Source of the DNA: Acidobacteriota bacterium
Lineage (GTDB): Bacteria; Acidobacteriota; CAIWXX01
Assembly: GCA_040755995.1 (NCBI GenBank)
Contig: JBFMAF010000035.1
Coordinates: 160,001-224,000 of the forward strand
Direction: 5' to 3'
Length of the DNA: 64,000 nt
Shown here: piece by piece, positions 27,691 through 37,770 of the stretch
Layout: each line of letters begins with the position of its first letter
Position numbering within the stretch: position 1 is the stretch's first letter
Notes under the pieces: generated by a model
What the model was told of the DNA's origin: nothing
What the model saw: the letters and a program-made list of their open reading frames with translations, nothing else
Databases searched by the model: none
Program-made: the position numbers and the translations under genes

Positions 27691-29250
27691 ATGAAACCCA
27701 TCGCCAAGCTGGCGATTCTCGCGCTCGCCACCATCACGGTCGCGTGCCGCGGCAACGACAACGGAGATCGGTCACAGGCGGGCGAGAGGCCCGTCGAGTC
27801 GATCACGCACTACACGGAGGCCACGGAGCTGTTCGTGGAGTTCCCGCGGCTGGCACGCGGAACAGAGTCGGCCTTCGCGGTCCATCTTACTACGCTTGTA
27901 GACTTCAAGCCCGTGGCCTCGGGCACGGTCACGATCGTCCTGAGCGGTGGTCCCTCGCCTGAAGAGCGCTTCACGGCGGAGCAGCCCTCTTCTCCCGGGA
28001 TCTTCCGCCCGGTGGTCCGCCCGCTCCATGCGTCCACCCGCCGCCTGACCGTCCTGGTTGAGGCCGGGGGCGCCACCGATCGTCACGATCTGGGCGAGGT
28101 GACCGTCAGTGATTCAGCGGGGGAATCGGCCGGGAGTGCAGAGAAGGAGCACGTTGAGGCGGCGGCGATCACCTTTCTCAAGGAACAGCAGTGGCGCGTC
28201 GAGTTCGCCACCGCTCCTGCCGGGCCTCGCCGTCTTCGCGAATCGGTCACGGCCAACGGGGTGATTCGAGCGAGGCCGGAGGGGGAGGCCGTGATCGGCG
28301 CCCCGGCGGCGGGCCGGGTACTCCGGTCCGGTCCGGCCTTCCCGCGCATCGGCGCCGCGGTCCATGCCGATGAGGTCCTTGTCGTCATGGCTCCCCGGGT
28401 CGAAGGGGAGGCGGACGCAGCGACGCTTGATCAGGCCGTCGCGAGGGCGCAACTGGAGGTAGACCGATGGCGGCGAGAACGCGAGCGGCTGGAGGCTCTT
28501 TACGCCCAGGAGGCGGTGCCGCAGCGGCGCGTCGCCGAGGCTCGTCACGAAGAGGCCGCGGCCGAGGCCGATCTCGATGCGGCCAGGCGGCGGCTGGCGC
28601 AGTTTCATGGCACGCAGCGGGCCGGTGGAGATGGCGCGTCGGGTCGCATCGATGTGAGCTCGCCCATTGCCGGCTCGATCGAGGAGGTGCGTGTCGCGCC
28701 GGGCGCATACGTTGAAGCGGGAACGGAGATGTTCCACGTCGTCGATATGGAGCGGTTGTGGCTGGAGGTGCGGATCCCAGAATTGGACATCGGCCGAGTT
28801 CGAGGTGCCTCTGAGGCATGGTTCGAGGTGCAGGGATTCGAGCGTCCGTTCGAGGTGAAACCGGAGACCGGCGGGCGTGTTATTGCGTTCGGCGGAATGG
28901 TCGAGGAAGCCAGCCGCACGGCTCCGCTGGTTTTCGAGATCCGGAATAGCGATAGGAGCCTCCGCGTGGGCATGTTCGCCCAAGTGCATGTCGTCACGGG
29001 GAAGTCAATTGACGCACTCGCGATACCGGTCAGCGCCCTTCAAGAGGAAGGCGGACAATCTATCGCCTACGTGCAGGCAGGAGGCGAGACCTTTGAGCGG
29101 CGCGCGCTGAGGTTGGGAGTCCGCGAGGGCGATTTCGTGCAGGTGCTGGACGGCCTACGTCCCGGCGATCGCGTCGTGACGCGCGGGGCCTACTACGTGC
29201 GGTTGGCGGCGTCCTCGACGTCACTGCCGGCCCACGGCCACGCTCACTGA
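27691..29250 (+). CDS. RND efflux periplasmic adaptor (CzcB/CusB-like lipoprotein)
   Basis: Lipobox TVAC, ELFVEFP, FLKEQQW, SPIAG, LRVGMF; ends AHGHAH. Confidence 0.92.
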   Translation: MKPIAKLAILALATITVACRGNDNGDRSQAGERPVESITHYTEATELFVEFPRLARGTESAFAVHLTTLVDFKPVASGTVTIVLSGGPSPEERFTAEQPSSPGIFRPVVRPLHASTRRLTVLVEAGGATDRHDLGEVTVSDSAGESAGSAEKEHVEAAAITFLKEQQWRVEFATAPAGPRRLRESVTANGVIRARPEGEAVIGAPAAGRVLRSGPAFPRIGAAVHADEVLVVMAPRVEGEADAATLDQAVARAQLEVDRWRRERERLEALYAQEAVPQRRVAEARHEEAAAEADLDAARRRLAQFHGTQRAGGDGASGRIDVSSPIAGSIEEVRVAPGAYVEAGTEMFHVVDMERLWLEVRIPELDIGRVRGASEAWFEVQGFERPFEVKPETGGRVIAFGGMVEEASRTAPLVFEIRNSDRSLRVGMFAQVHVVTGKSIDALAIPVSALQEEGGQSIAYVQAGGETFERRALRLGVREGDFVQVLDGLRPGDRVVTRGAYYVRLAASSTSLPAHGHAH

Positions 29251-29259
29251 GGCCTCCCC

Positions 29260-32200
29260 ATGATCGACGGCATCATCCACTGGTCACTGCGCAACCGCCT
29301 GCTCGTCCTGCTCACGGCGGGGCTCCTTCTGGCTTGGGGTTGCTTCGAAGCCGTGAGAATTCCCGTCGACGTCTTCCCGGATCTGACTGCCCCAACCGCT
29401 ACCGTGATTGCCGAGGCGCACGGGATGGCGCCGGAAGAGGTTGAGAGCCAGATCACGTTTCCGATCGAGACGGCGCTCAACGGCGCCCCCGGCGTCCGCC
29501 GCGTGAGGTCATCGACGGGCATCGGCGTGGCGGTCATCTGGGTCGAGTTTACCTGGGGGACCGATATCTACCAGGCGCGACAGATCGTCGCCGAGAAGCT
29601 CCAGCTATCTCAAGGATCACTTCCCCCCGAGGTGGACCGACCCGTGCTGGCACCTGTCTCATCGATCATGGGAGAGATCATGTTCGTCGCGCTGACCTCG
29701 GACCGCCATTCCCCTCTTGATCTCAAGACGACCGCCGACTGGGTTCTCCGCAGGCGGCTGCTGGCGGTGCCGGGGGTTTCTCAGGTTGTCCCGACGGGTG
29801 GAGACACGAAACAGTACCAGGTGGTGTTGAAGCCGGAGCAACTTGCGGCTTACCGCCTCAGCGTCGAGGAGGTGGTGGAGGCCCTGCGTGAGACCAGCGA
29901 GAACACATCGGCGGGCTTCTATGTGGAGGGAGGGCAGCAGTACCTGATCCATGGCCTGGGGCGGGTGCAGCGAGCCGAGGACATCGGCGAGACCGTCGTT
30001 GCCGTGCGGGAGGGTGAGCCGATTCTCGTGCGCAATCTGGCCGACGTGAGAATCGGCGCGGCACTGAAGCTGGGCGAAGGATCGCACAATGCCCGCCCCG
30101 CGGTGGTGCTCGGCATCCAGAAACAGCCTGGCGCGAACACCCTCGAGCTGACCAGGCGCCTTGACTCGGCCCTCGACAGTATCGAGGAGTCCCTCCCCGA
30201 GGGCATGCAGATCAGCCGGCACATCTTCCGCCAGGCCGACTTCATCGATGTGGCCATTCACAACGTGCTGGCGGCATTGCGCGACGGCTCCGTGCTCGTC
30301 GTCGCGATCGTGCTGGCGTTTCTGGCGAGTCTGCGCGCGACCGGCATCACCGTGGTGGCCATCCCCCTGTCGCTCGTGGTCTCCGTTCTCGCGATGAAGA
30401 TGGCCGGCATTTCAATCAACACGATGACGCTCGGCGGCATGACGATCGCCCTCGGCGCCCTCGTCGACGACGCCATCATCGGGGTCGAGAACGTGGCCAG
30501 ACGCCTGCGAGAGAACGGTCGATTGCCGGCTGAGGGGCGTCACCCGGCGCTATCGGTCGTCTTCAAGGCCAGCAAGGAGATTCGAGGCTCAATCGTCTTT
30601 GCGACCCTCATCATCATCCTGGTGTTCCTGCCGCTCTTCTTCCTGTCGGGGGTTGAAGGCAGGCTGATGCGGCCGCTGGGGTTCGCCTATATCGTCTCGC
30701 TGGCCGCCTCGCTGGCGGTGGCGCTCACCGTGACTCCCGCGCTCTGTTTCCTGGCCCTCCCCCACGACCGCGCGATCCTGGAGGACCGGGAGGCGGGCCT
30801 GGTGCGCTTCCTGAAGCGGCGCTATGAGCCGATGCTGGCGGCGCTGCTGCCGCGATGGAAGATGGTCGGATCGCTGGCGCTTCTGCTGCTTGCCGGCACC
30901 GGGATAGCCCTGGCCCTGGCCGGTCGCTCGTTTCTGCCGGATTTCAACGAGGGGACACTGACGGTCAGCGCCGTCACGCTCCCAGGCACCTCGCTCGATC
31001 AATCCGACAAGCTGGGCCGCATGGTCGAAGAGATCATGCTGAAACAGCCGGAGGTCGCCGCGACCGCGCGGAGAACCGGGCGCGCCGAGCTGGATGAGCA
31101 CGCGCAGGATGTGAACGCCGCCGAGATCGATGTCGGGTTGAAGATGAAGGACCGCAGCAAGGAGCAGTTCCTCGCGGCGCTCAGGCGCGATCTCTCGGTC
31201 GTGCCGGGCATGAACATCGTCATCGGTCAGCCGATCTCCCATCGTATCGACCACATGCTCTCGGGGACGCGCGCCAATATCGCGGTGAAGATCTTCGGAG
31301 ATGATCTCTATGAGCTGCGCCGGCTGGCCGAGCGTGTGCGGATGTCAATGCAGGGAGTCGATGGTGTCGTGGATCTCGCGGTCGAACAACAGATGGACAT
31401 TCCGTTCGTGGCGATCCGGTTCAACCGCGCGGCCATCGCGCGCAACGGGCTGCGGATGCGGGAAGTCGCCGAGGCGATCGAGACGGCCTTTTACGGGCAG
31501 GTGACGGGACGGGTCATCGAAGGCCAGGCCGCATTCGACCTGCTGGTCAGATACGACGAGTCTGTCCTGGGTGACGTGGAGAAGATGGGCTCGACTCTCA
31601 TCACGGCCCCATCGGGTGCGCAGATTCCGCTGCGTGCGCTGGCCGAGATCCGCAAGGACCGCGGCCCGAACAGCGTCAGTCGCGAGGACGTGCAGCGCAA
31701 CATCGTCGTTATGTGCAATGTGGCCGGGCGCGACCTTGGTAGTGTGGTCGATGAAATCCGCGATCGGGTCACATCGTCCGTACCGCTGCCGAGGGGCTAT
31801 CGCGTGGAGTATGGAGGCCAGTTCGAGGCCGCCGAGGCGGCGGCGCGGACGCTCTTCGTGCTGGGCGTCGTGGTCGTAGCCGGGATCTTCCTCATCTTGT
31901 TTCTCGAATTCCGTTCGGCACGCGATGCTGCGCTCGTGATGGCGAACCTGCCGCTGGCCCTCATCGGCGGGATGGCCGGCGTCTATCTCAGCGGCGGCAT
32001 CATCTCGATCGCCTCGATCATCGGTTTCATCACGCTTTTCGGAATTGCCACGCGCAACGGGCTGATGATGATCTCACACATCCACCATTTGATCGCGCAC
32101 GAGGGCGTGCGCGACGCGAAGACGGCCGTGACGCGCGGCGCCATGGAGCGCCTTTCGCCGATACTCATGACGGCTCTGGCCGCCGGGCTCGCGCTCATCC

Positions 32201-32409
32201 CTCTTGCACTGCGCGGCGGTGAACCCGGAAGCGAAATTCAGACTCCCATGGCCGTCGTCATCCTGTGCGGCCTCCTTTCCTCTACCGCCTTGAACATGGT
32301 CGTCGTCCCCACGCTCTATCTTCGCTTCGGCTCGATACACGCTCGTATGCGGCACCTGCGCCATGCCGAGGGGGAAACACAGTATGCTGCATCGAGCTAT
32401 ATTGCTTGA
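29260..32409 (+). CDS. Heavy-metal efflux RND permease (CusA/CzcA family)
   Basis: PVDVFPDL, APEEVE..ITFPIE, LVDDAII, FLPDFNEG, GIATRNG, RLSPILMTAL. Confidence 0.95.
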   Translation: MIDGIIHWSLRNRLLVLLTAGLLLAWGCFEAVRIPVDVFPDLTAPTATVIAEAHGMAPEEVESQITFPIETALNGAPGVRRVRSSTGIGVAVIWVEFTWGTDIYQARQIVAEKLQLSQGSLPPEVDRPVLAPVSSIMGEIMFVALTSDRHSPLDLKTTADWVLRRRLLAVPGVSQVVPTGGDTKQYQVVLKPEQLAAYRLSVEEVVEALRETSENTSAGFYVEGGQQYLIHGLGRVQRAEDIGETVVAVREGEPILVRNLADVRIGAALKLGEGSHNARPAVVLGIQKQPGANTLELTRRLDSALDSIEESLPEGMQISRHIFRQADFIDVAIHNVLAALRDGSVLVVAIVLAFLASLRATGITVVAIPLSLVVSVLAMKMAGISINTMTLGGMTIALGALVDDAIIGVENVARRLRENGRLPAEGRHPALSVVFKASKEIRGSIVFATLIIILVFLPLFFLSGVEGRLMRPLGFAYIVSLAASLAVALTVTPALCFLALPHDRAILEDREAGLVRFLKRRYEPMLAALLPRWKMVGSLALLLLAGTGIALALAGRSFLPDFNEGTLTVSAVTLPGTSLDQSDKLGRMVEEIMLKQPEVAATARRTGRAELDEHAQDVNAAEIDVGLKMKDRSKEQFLAALRRDLSVVPGMNIVIGQPISHRIDHMLSGTRANIAVKIFGDDLYELRRLAERVRMSMQGVDGVVDLAVEQQMDIPFVAIRFNRAAIARNGLRMREVAEAIETAFYGQVTGRVIEGQAAFDLLVRYDESVLGDVEKMGSTLITAPSGAQIPLRALAEIRKDRGPNSVSREDVQRNIVVMCNVAGRDLGSVVDEIRDRVTSSVPLPRGYRVEYGGQFEAAEAAARTLFVLGVVVVAGIFLILFLEFRSARDAALVMANLPLALIGGMAGVYLSGGIISIASIIGFITLFGIATRNGLMMISHIHHLIAHEGVRDAKTAVTRGAMERLSPILMTALAAGLALIPLALRGGEPGSEIQTPMAVVILCGLLSSTALNMVVVPTLYLRFGSIHARMRHLRHAEGETQYAASSYIA

Positions 32410-32459
32410 GGCGAAAAACATATTGCGATCGAGTCGAGTACTCCCCGCGGTGCGTCATC

Positions 32460-32520
32460 GCGTACCCGTACCCGTTCCCGTTCCCGATTCCGACGGTGTC
32501 CGGCTACGGGAACGGGTGCC
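32460..32520. repeat. Hexamer-based palindromic element, copy 2
   Basis: TACCCG TACCCG TTCCCG TTCCCG ... TACGGG AACGGG directly after the RND gene. Confidence 0.7.
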
Positions 32521-32619
32521 GGCCTTCGGTCTGCGTACGGCATGTGACACGCCAGTCGGTCTGAGGTTCCGCCCCGCGAGAAACGATAGAGTTGGCGGAT
32601 CGAGACCCGGTGCAACCCC

Positions 32620-33366
32620 GTGACCAACCATATGGCTCCTCGTCCTGCTGCGATGGTGGGGGCCTTGTGTGGTCTCGTTGCCGCAACATTCTTCGGCGCG
32701 AGCACCCCTCTCGCCAAGATCCTTCTCCCCGCCGCAGGCCCCGTGGTACTGGCGGGGCTGCTCTACCTCGGCGCCGGCACAGCGATGGTCCTGGCTGGGT
32801 TCCTGCCCGGCCGGCCGGGAATTCGGGCGGCGCGCCTCCGCAAATCCGACCTGGGCTGGTTGACCGGAATCGTGATCCTCGGCGGGATCATCGGACCTGT
32901 GCTCATGCTGTACGGTCTGGCACGAGTCGGGGCGGTCGTCGCGTCACTTCTACTCAACCTGGAAGCCCCCTTCACGATGCTACTGGCTGTTTTCCTGTTT
33001 GGTGAACACATGGGACGAGCCGCGGCAGGGGCCGCATCAATCATCGTGGCGGGCGCAACGCTCCTGAGCTACAGACCCGGTGAGCTGAGCGCTGACTGGC
33101 TCGGCGTGCTGGCGATTGCCGGAGCCTGCCTGTGCTGGGCGGCCGATAACAACTTCTCTCAGCGCCTGTCACTCCGCGACCCGATTGCCGTCGTCCGAAC
33201 AAAGGCGCTGACAGCGGCCGCTGGCACGCTTTCGATCGCACTGGCCGCGGGTGAAGTGTTACCCGGTCCCTCCGTCATCATGCCCGCCCTCGTCGTCGGT
33301 GCAATTGGCTACGGGATCAGTATCCTTGCGGCGCGTCGCCAGCGGCGAGCGGGAGCGAGAAGGTGA
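32620..33366 (+). pseudogene. EamA/DMT family transporter, 3'-truncated
   Basis: FFGASTPLAK, LAGLLYLGAG, ASLLLNLEAPFT, CWAADNN. The second EamA repeat breaks after GYGISIL, where it runs into the convergent kinase gene. Confidence 0.75.
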
Positions 33367-36300
33367 AGGTGGAGCCCTGGCCGGGTGTGCTGTCGGCCCA
33401 GATCCGGCCTCCGTGGGACTCGATGATCCAGCGAGAAATGTAGAGACCCAGCCCGCTGCCTTGTATCGAGCTGCTTCGCGCCGAGCCGAGTCTCCGGAAC
33501 CTCTGGAACAGGTTCCCCATCTCCTCCGGCGGTATTCCCGACCCGTTGTCCTTGACTGACACATGCACCTCGGCATCCGAGGTTCTGAGCGATACGTGGA
33601 TGACTGGGGTCACGGGCGAGTACTTGACTGCGTTGCTGATGAGGTTGTCAATGATCTGGCGGAGACGAAGTGCGTCGGCGCGAACGCTGATCAGTCGATC
33701 GGCGGGTCCATCGTACGTGACATCGGCGTTTGTGCGGTGTTCTTCCACGGCCGACCGCACGAGCTCGTTGATATCTACCGACGTCATCTGAAGAGGCATG
33801 TTCCCAGACTCGATGCGGGACATAGTCAGCGTATCCGATGCCAGGGTCGCAAGGTGCTTGACCTGCTGCCGGATGATCGACAGTTTGTGCATTTCGTCAT
33901 CGTCGGCGCCGTGCTCGAGCAGCTCGGCATAGCCTTCGATCACCGTCAGCGGCGTGCGGAAGTCGTGCGAGACGATCGATACGACCTCGTCCTTGAAATC
34001 GATCGCATCGCGAAGGCTCTTGGTGCGTGCCTCGACCAGTTGCACCAGCTCGCGTTCCCTGATCTTCAGACGCCGTATTCGCAGAAGGTAGAGCCCCGCG
34101 CCGGCGAGAAGCGCTGAGACAAGGACCACCGCCGTGAACCAGTGCGTCTGATAGAAATGTGGTCTGAGCGTGAAGGACAGGGCGTCGCCGGCCTGATTCC
34201 AGATTCCGTCGTTGTTGCAAGCAATGACGTGGAAAGTGTAGTAGCCCGGGGAGAGGTTCGTGTAGTACGCGCTGCGGCGGTTTCCCGCATCCACCCATGA
34301 ACGATCCAGGCCGTCGAGACGATACTTGAAGCGCACCTTCTCCGGCGCGAGGAAGCTGAGCCCGGCGTAATGGAATTCGAGCCTCTGTCGGCCCGGGGGC
34401 AGCTCCATGTCGACGCCCAGACAGGCAGGTTCTGAATCAACGATCATCGCCTCGATCACGACGGGAGGAGGTGTGGAGTTGGTCTTCAGGCGCGCCGGGT
34501 CGACCACGACTGCGCCCTCAAGCGTTGCGAACCAGAGTTTCCCGTCCGGGGTTCGCAGTCCGGCCGGGCCGCCGCCGTTGCACCCGCTGCTGGCCATCCC
34601 GTCTGAGGGCCCATAGGCTGTGCAGGGAATCGAGGTAATGGCCCTCGTTGCGAAAGAATCGAGATCGGCCTTGCTGACGCGGTAGACGCCCTTGTTGCAT
34701 CCGATCCACAAGTTTCCCAGGGCGTCTTCCAGGATCTGGAAGATCACGTCGCTGAGGAGCCCGTCGCGGCTGGTGAAGGCAGAGAACTTGCCGTCCCTGT
34801 ATCGCGCGAGCCCGCCGCCGTAGGTGCCGATCCAGAGCGTGCCTTCGGCGTCTTCGTGGAGGCAGCGCACGAGGTTGACCGGCAGCCCTTCACCCACTCC
34901 ATAATGACTGAACCTGCCGTCCGCAAAGCGGTCCAGGCCGCCGTATGTGCCGATCCACAGTCGGCCGGCCCTGTCTTCGAGCAGGGCCCTGACCCGGTTG
35001 TCAGCCAGCCCCTGTTGCACGGAGTACCTCATCCACGTTCTTCCGTCGTACCTGCACAACCCGCTGGTCTCCGTACCGAACCAGAGCGCCCCTGAGCGCG
35101 TTTCGCAGATGGTCCTGACTCCGGCCGGGGCGCCGCCCGCGGCGCCGCCGGCGGCATAGCTTACGAAGCGACCCCCGGCGAGGCCGTACAGTGCCTGTCG
35201 CGTGCCCACCCAGAGATGCCCCTTGGAATCCTCCAGAAGCGCCATCACCTCGGCCTGATGCAACGCCTCCCCGGATCGCATCGACACGAAGGCCCCGCCT
35301 TCAAACCGCGCGACCTCCCCGTGCCAGCCGGCCGCCCAGAAACCACCGTCGCGCGATCCCGCGATAGAGTTGATCTGTTCCACCGGCAGTCCCTGCTTCA
35401 AACCGAAAGTCGTGAATACCGAGTCCTTGAGCCGATTCAGACCGCCGGACCCGGTCCCAATCCAGAGACTCCCTTCGCTGTCCTCCGCGATCGCCGTGAT
35501 GAGGTCGCTGGACAGCCCATCCGAGGCACGAATCGAAGAGAAAGCCCCGTCCTTGAGCCTGTTCAGCCCGCCGTTTGTACCGACCCAGAGGCATCCGTGC
35601 CTGTCGCACAACAGGGTGCGGACATAGTCATCGGACAGGCCATCGCGCCTCGTGTACGTCTGGAAGCCCTCGGGCCTCATTCTCGCGAGCCCACGCGTGG
35701 TGCCAGCCCACAGGTCTCCCGGCCCGTCCTCGGCCATGCATAACACGGTATTGCTACCTAGCCCATCCTCCCGTGTGTACCTCCTCGACTTCCCGCCCTG
35801 GACACGCAGCAACCCGGATCCGGTCCCGATCCACAGGACGCCGGCCCTGTCGACGTAGAGACATCCAATCGGTTCAAGGGGGACACCTGACTCTGGTCCG
35901 CACGTTTCGAACGATCCTTCTCGATAGCGGCTCAGACCGGCGGGAGTGCCAACCCAGAGTGCGCCGTCTGGATCCTGCGAGAGCGCCGTGACCGAATTGC
36001 TCAGCAGCTCCCGCGGGCTCACTTCGACGAAGTGATACTTCGCCTGCGCAAGAAGGCCGCCGCCGTAAAGCCCCAGATATAGCGTGCCATCGCGGCCTTC
36101 CAGCAGAGCCTGCACGTTGCTCGTCCTCATCGCATCGGTGTTCGCTCTGTCGAACACCGTGAAGCGCGCGCCGTCGAATCGGGCGAGCCCCTCTTCGGTG
36201 CCGATCCAAAGGTACCCGTCGCGACTCTGAATCAGCGTTTGAACCGAGTTCTGCGGCAGGCCGTCGGCGGTCTGCCAGACATCGAGTGCATACTGAGTGA

Positions 36301-36421
36301 GCTCCTTGGACGGATCGAGCGCGAGCAGAGGCGCAGCAGAGGCGAGGGCGAGAATCGACACAAAGAAGACGCTTTTCGCAGCACACCCGCTCACGAGCAT
36401 CCTGTGCTCCCCGTCTGTCAA
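33317..36421 (-). CDS. Sensor histidine kinase with two-component-regulator beta-propellers, YYY domain, TM, HisKA and HATPase
   Basis: Repeated DGxLWIGTxxGL, FKYRLDGLD..W..AYYTNLSPGYY, SHDFRTPL, NLISNAVKY, DNGSG, GSGLGL. Confidence 0.94.
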   Translation of the reverse strand: MTDGEHRMLVSGCAAKSVFFVSILALASAAPLLALDPSKELTQYALDVWQTADGLPQNSVQTLIQSRDGYLWIGTEEGLARFDGARFTVFDRANTDAMRTSNVQALLEGRDGTLYLGLYGGGLLAQAKYHFVEVSPRELLSNSVTALSQDPDGALWVGTPAGLSRYREGSFETCGPESGVPLEPIGCLYVDRAGVLWIGTGSGLLRVQGGKSRRYTREDGLGSNTVLCMAEDGPGDLWAGTTRGLARMRPEGFQTYTRRDGLSDDYVRTLLCDRHGCLWVGTNGGLNRLKDGAFSSIRASDGLSSDLITAIAEDSEGSLWIGTGSGGLNRLKDSVFTTFGLKQGLPVEQINSIAGSRDGGFWAAGWHGEVARFEGGAFVSMRSGEALHQAEVMALLEDSKGHLWVGTRQALYGLAGGRFVSYAAGGAAGGAPAGVRTICETRSGALWFGTETSGLCRYDGRTWMRYSVQQGLADNRVRALLEDRAGRLWIGTYGGLDRFADGRFSHYGVGEGLPVNLVRCLHEDAEGTLWIGTYGGGLARYRDGKFSAFTSRDGLLSDVIFQILEDALGNLWIGCNKGVYRVSKADLDSFATRAITSIPCTAYGPSDGMASSGCNGGGPAGLRTPDGKLWFATLEGAVVVDPARLKTNSTPPPVVIEAMIVDSEPACLGVDMELPPGRQRLEFHYAGLSFLAPEKVRFKYRLDGLDRSWVDAGNRRSAYYTNLSPGYYTFHVIACNNDGIWNQAGDALSFTLRPHFYQTHWFTAVVLVSALLAGAGLYLLRIRRLKIRERELVQLVEARTKSLRDAIDFKDEVVSIVSHDFRTPLTVIEGYAELLEHGADDDEMHKLSIIRQQVKHLATLASDTLTMSRIESGNMPLQMTSVDINELVRSAVEEHRTNADVTYDGPADRLISVRADALRLRQIIDNLISNAVKYSPVTPVIHVSLRTSDAEVHVSVKDNGSGIPPEEMGNLFQRFRRLGSARSSSIQGSGLGLYISRWIIESHGGRIWADSTPGQGSTFTFSLPLAAGDAPQGY

Positions 36422-36587
36422 CAGAGATCACCGCACATTGGGGGCGCGCCGCGATCCGGGCACCCCTTTCACCTGTCCAGCGCATCCGAGCCTACTCAGG
36501 TGAAACAATGATGTCAAACTCCGGGAAGTGGGGGAATGGGGGGTGCTTAGCGGATCTGTGCGAGGGCTTGGTCGCCGCTCCCAAGCA

Positions 36588-36662
36588 GTACCCGTACCGC
36601 TTCCCGTACCCGTTCCCGGGCCATCCCTCTCTGGGACGCGAACGGGTACGCATACGGGCACG
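36588..36662. repeat. Hexamer-based palindromic element, copy 3
   Basis: TACCCG TACCGC TTCCCG TACCCG TTCCCG ... GACGCG AACGGG TACGCA TACGGG. Confidence 0.7.
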
Positions 36663-36868
36663 CTCCGTGTTGCTTATCGACAGGGCACCTGCATGCTCCC
36701 GAGCGCCTCGAAACCCGCGGCGCACTGATGGGTCAGAGCTGCGCCCCCCGCCCCCAGAACCGTTGCGCGCACGAAATGCAGTGGCGGCCTGTTGGAGCAG
36801 TCTGCGGTGTGTTCGGTCTTGGGATTCAGCTGTTCGGCATCGAAGCTCTCGCCGTCCTCGTTCTCGGC

Positions 36869-37435
36869 TTATTGCTCTGACTCCAACCGTCGGCGCTCCA
36901 GTTGGTCCAGGATTTCCGGCGCACCCTTCAGCTCGGCCAGTGGGCGCAACTGTTCGTGGATATAAGCCCAATCGAGTCTGCCGGTCTGTCGGACGATGAC
37001 CCGCTCGATGTCCACCCAATCCTGCCCACGGCCGGCAAACGCCTTCAGCACGATCAGGTCTTCAGCCGAACAGGTGCGCAGGAAGACCTTCGGCGGATAG
37101 TCGAAGCAGGAGGATCGTTGCACGACCAATTCCTCGAACGGCAGCGCGCCTAGCGCCACATCCAGGCCGACCCCGTTGCGCGAGCGGAGCAGCAGCACCC
37201 GCCGATCGAGGGCGAACCGCGCAGCGTCGGGAATTCTACCGTCGAAATGTTGGAGCAGAACTTGGATGAATCGCTCCTCCCCGCCGAAGCCGGTCAGCAG
37301 CGTCAGATCGGCGTCCACGGTCTCCCGTGGCTCACCCCAACGCTGGAGCGCGAGTCCGCCGATGAAACAGAATCGCCAACCCTGCGCCTCGCAGACCGCC
37401 TGCAGTTCGGCCGCCGCTTGGATGACTTCAGTCAC
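36869..37435 (-). CDS. Nucleotidyltransferase (DUF6036/AbiEii-like), putative toxin
   Basis: FIGGLALQRWGEPRETVDAD (GG..DxD), SAEDLIVLKAFAGRGQDWVDI. Confidence 0.85.
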   Translation of the reverse strand: MTEVIQAAAELQAVCEAQGWRFCFIGGLALQRWGEPRETVDADLTLLTGFGGEERFIQVLLQHFDGRIPDAARFALDRRVLLLRSRNGVGLDVALGALPFEELVVQRSSCFDYPPKVFLRTCSAEDLIVLKAFAGRGQDWVDIERVIVRQTGRLDWAYIHEQLRPLAELKGAPEILDQLERRRLESEQ

Positions 37436-37688
37436 GGCGTATTGCTTTCATGAACCAGCGCTGTTGTTCGACGAGGCCCGACGACGGCTTCGGCGCGCGG
37501 GGCGGCCTCGTATAATCAGCGGGGCCGCAGAGCCGCGCGATGGCCTGGTACGTATCGAGTGCGCGAAGCTCCTTGCGTCGAATACGCTCCAGGTCCGCAC
37601 CGGCCAGCTTCCAGGTCTCGACCCATCGTTTGCCGAGCGCGACCTGCTCCGGCGTCCAATCGGCAAGGGCCGATGGTTCATGCTTCAC
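37428..37688 (-). CDS. Small helical protein (86 aa), putative partner/antitoxin of the nucleotidyltransferase
   Basis: GTG start, WVETWKLAGADLERIRRKELR...SSGLVEQQRWF; 8-nt overlap with the NTase start. Confidence 0.7.
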   Translation of the reverse strand: MKHEPSALADWTPEQVALGKRWVETWKLAGADLERIRRKELRALDTYQAIARLCGPADYTRPPRAPKPSSGLVEQQRWFMKAIRRD

Positions 37689-37770
37689 GGGATAAGGGTA
37701 ATCGAATCTGCTCCGGAAAGAAAGCGCAGAGCATACTATTCGGATGGCCGCGAAGAGGCACAAGAACACG

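Noticed and set aside
20412..36662. Hexamer and heptamer repeats as a CRISPR array
   Set aside because: There is no 25-45-nt repeat with unique spacers and no cas genes.
36750..36868. attC-like site after the nucleotidyltransferase gene
   Set aside because: I could not build convincing complementary R and L boxes, and there is no integrase or second cassette.
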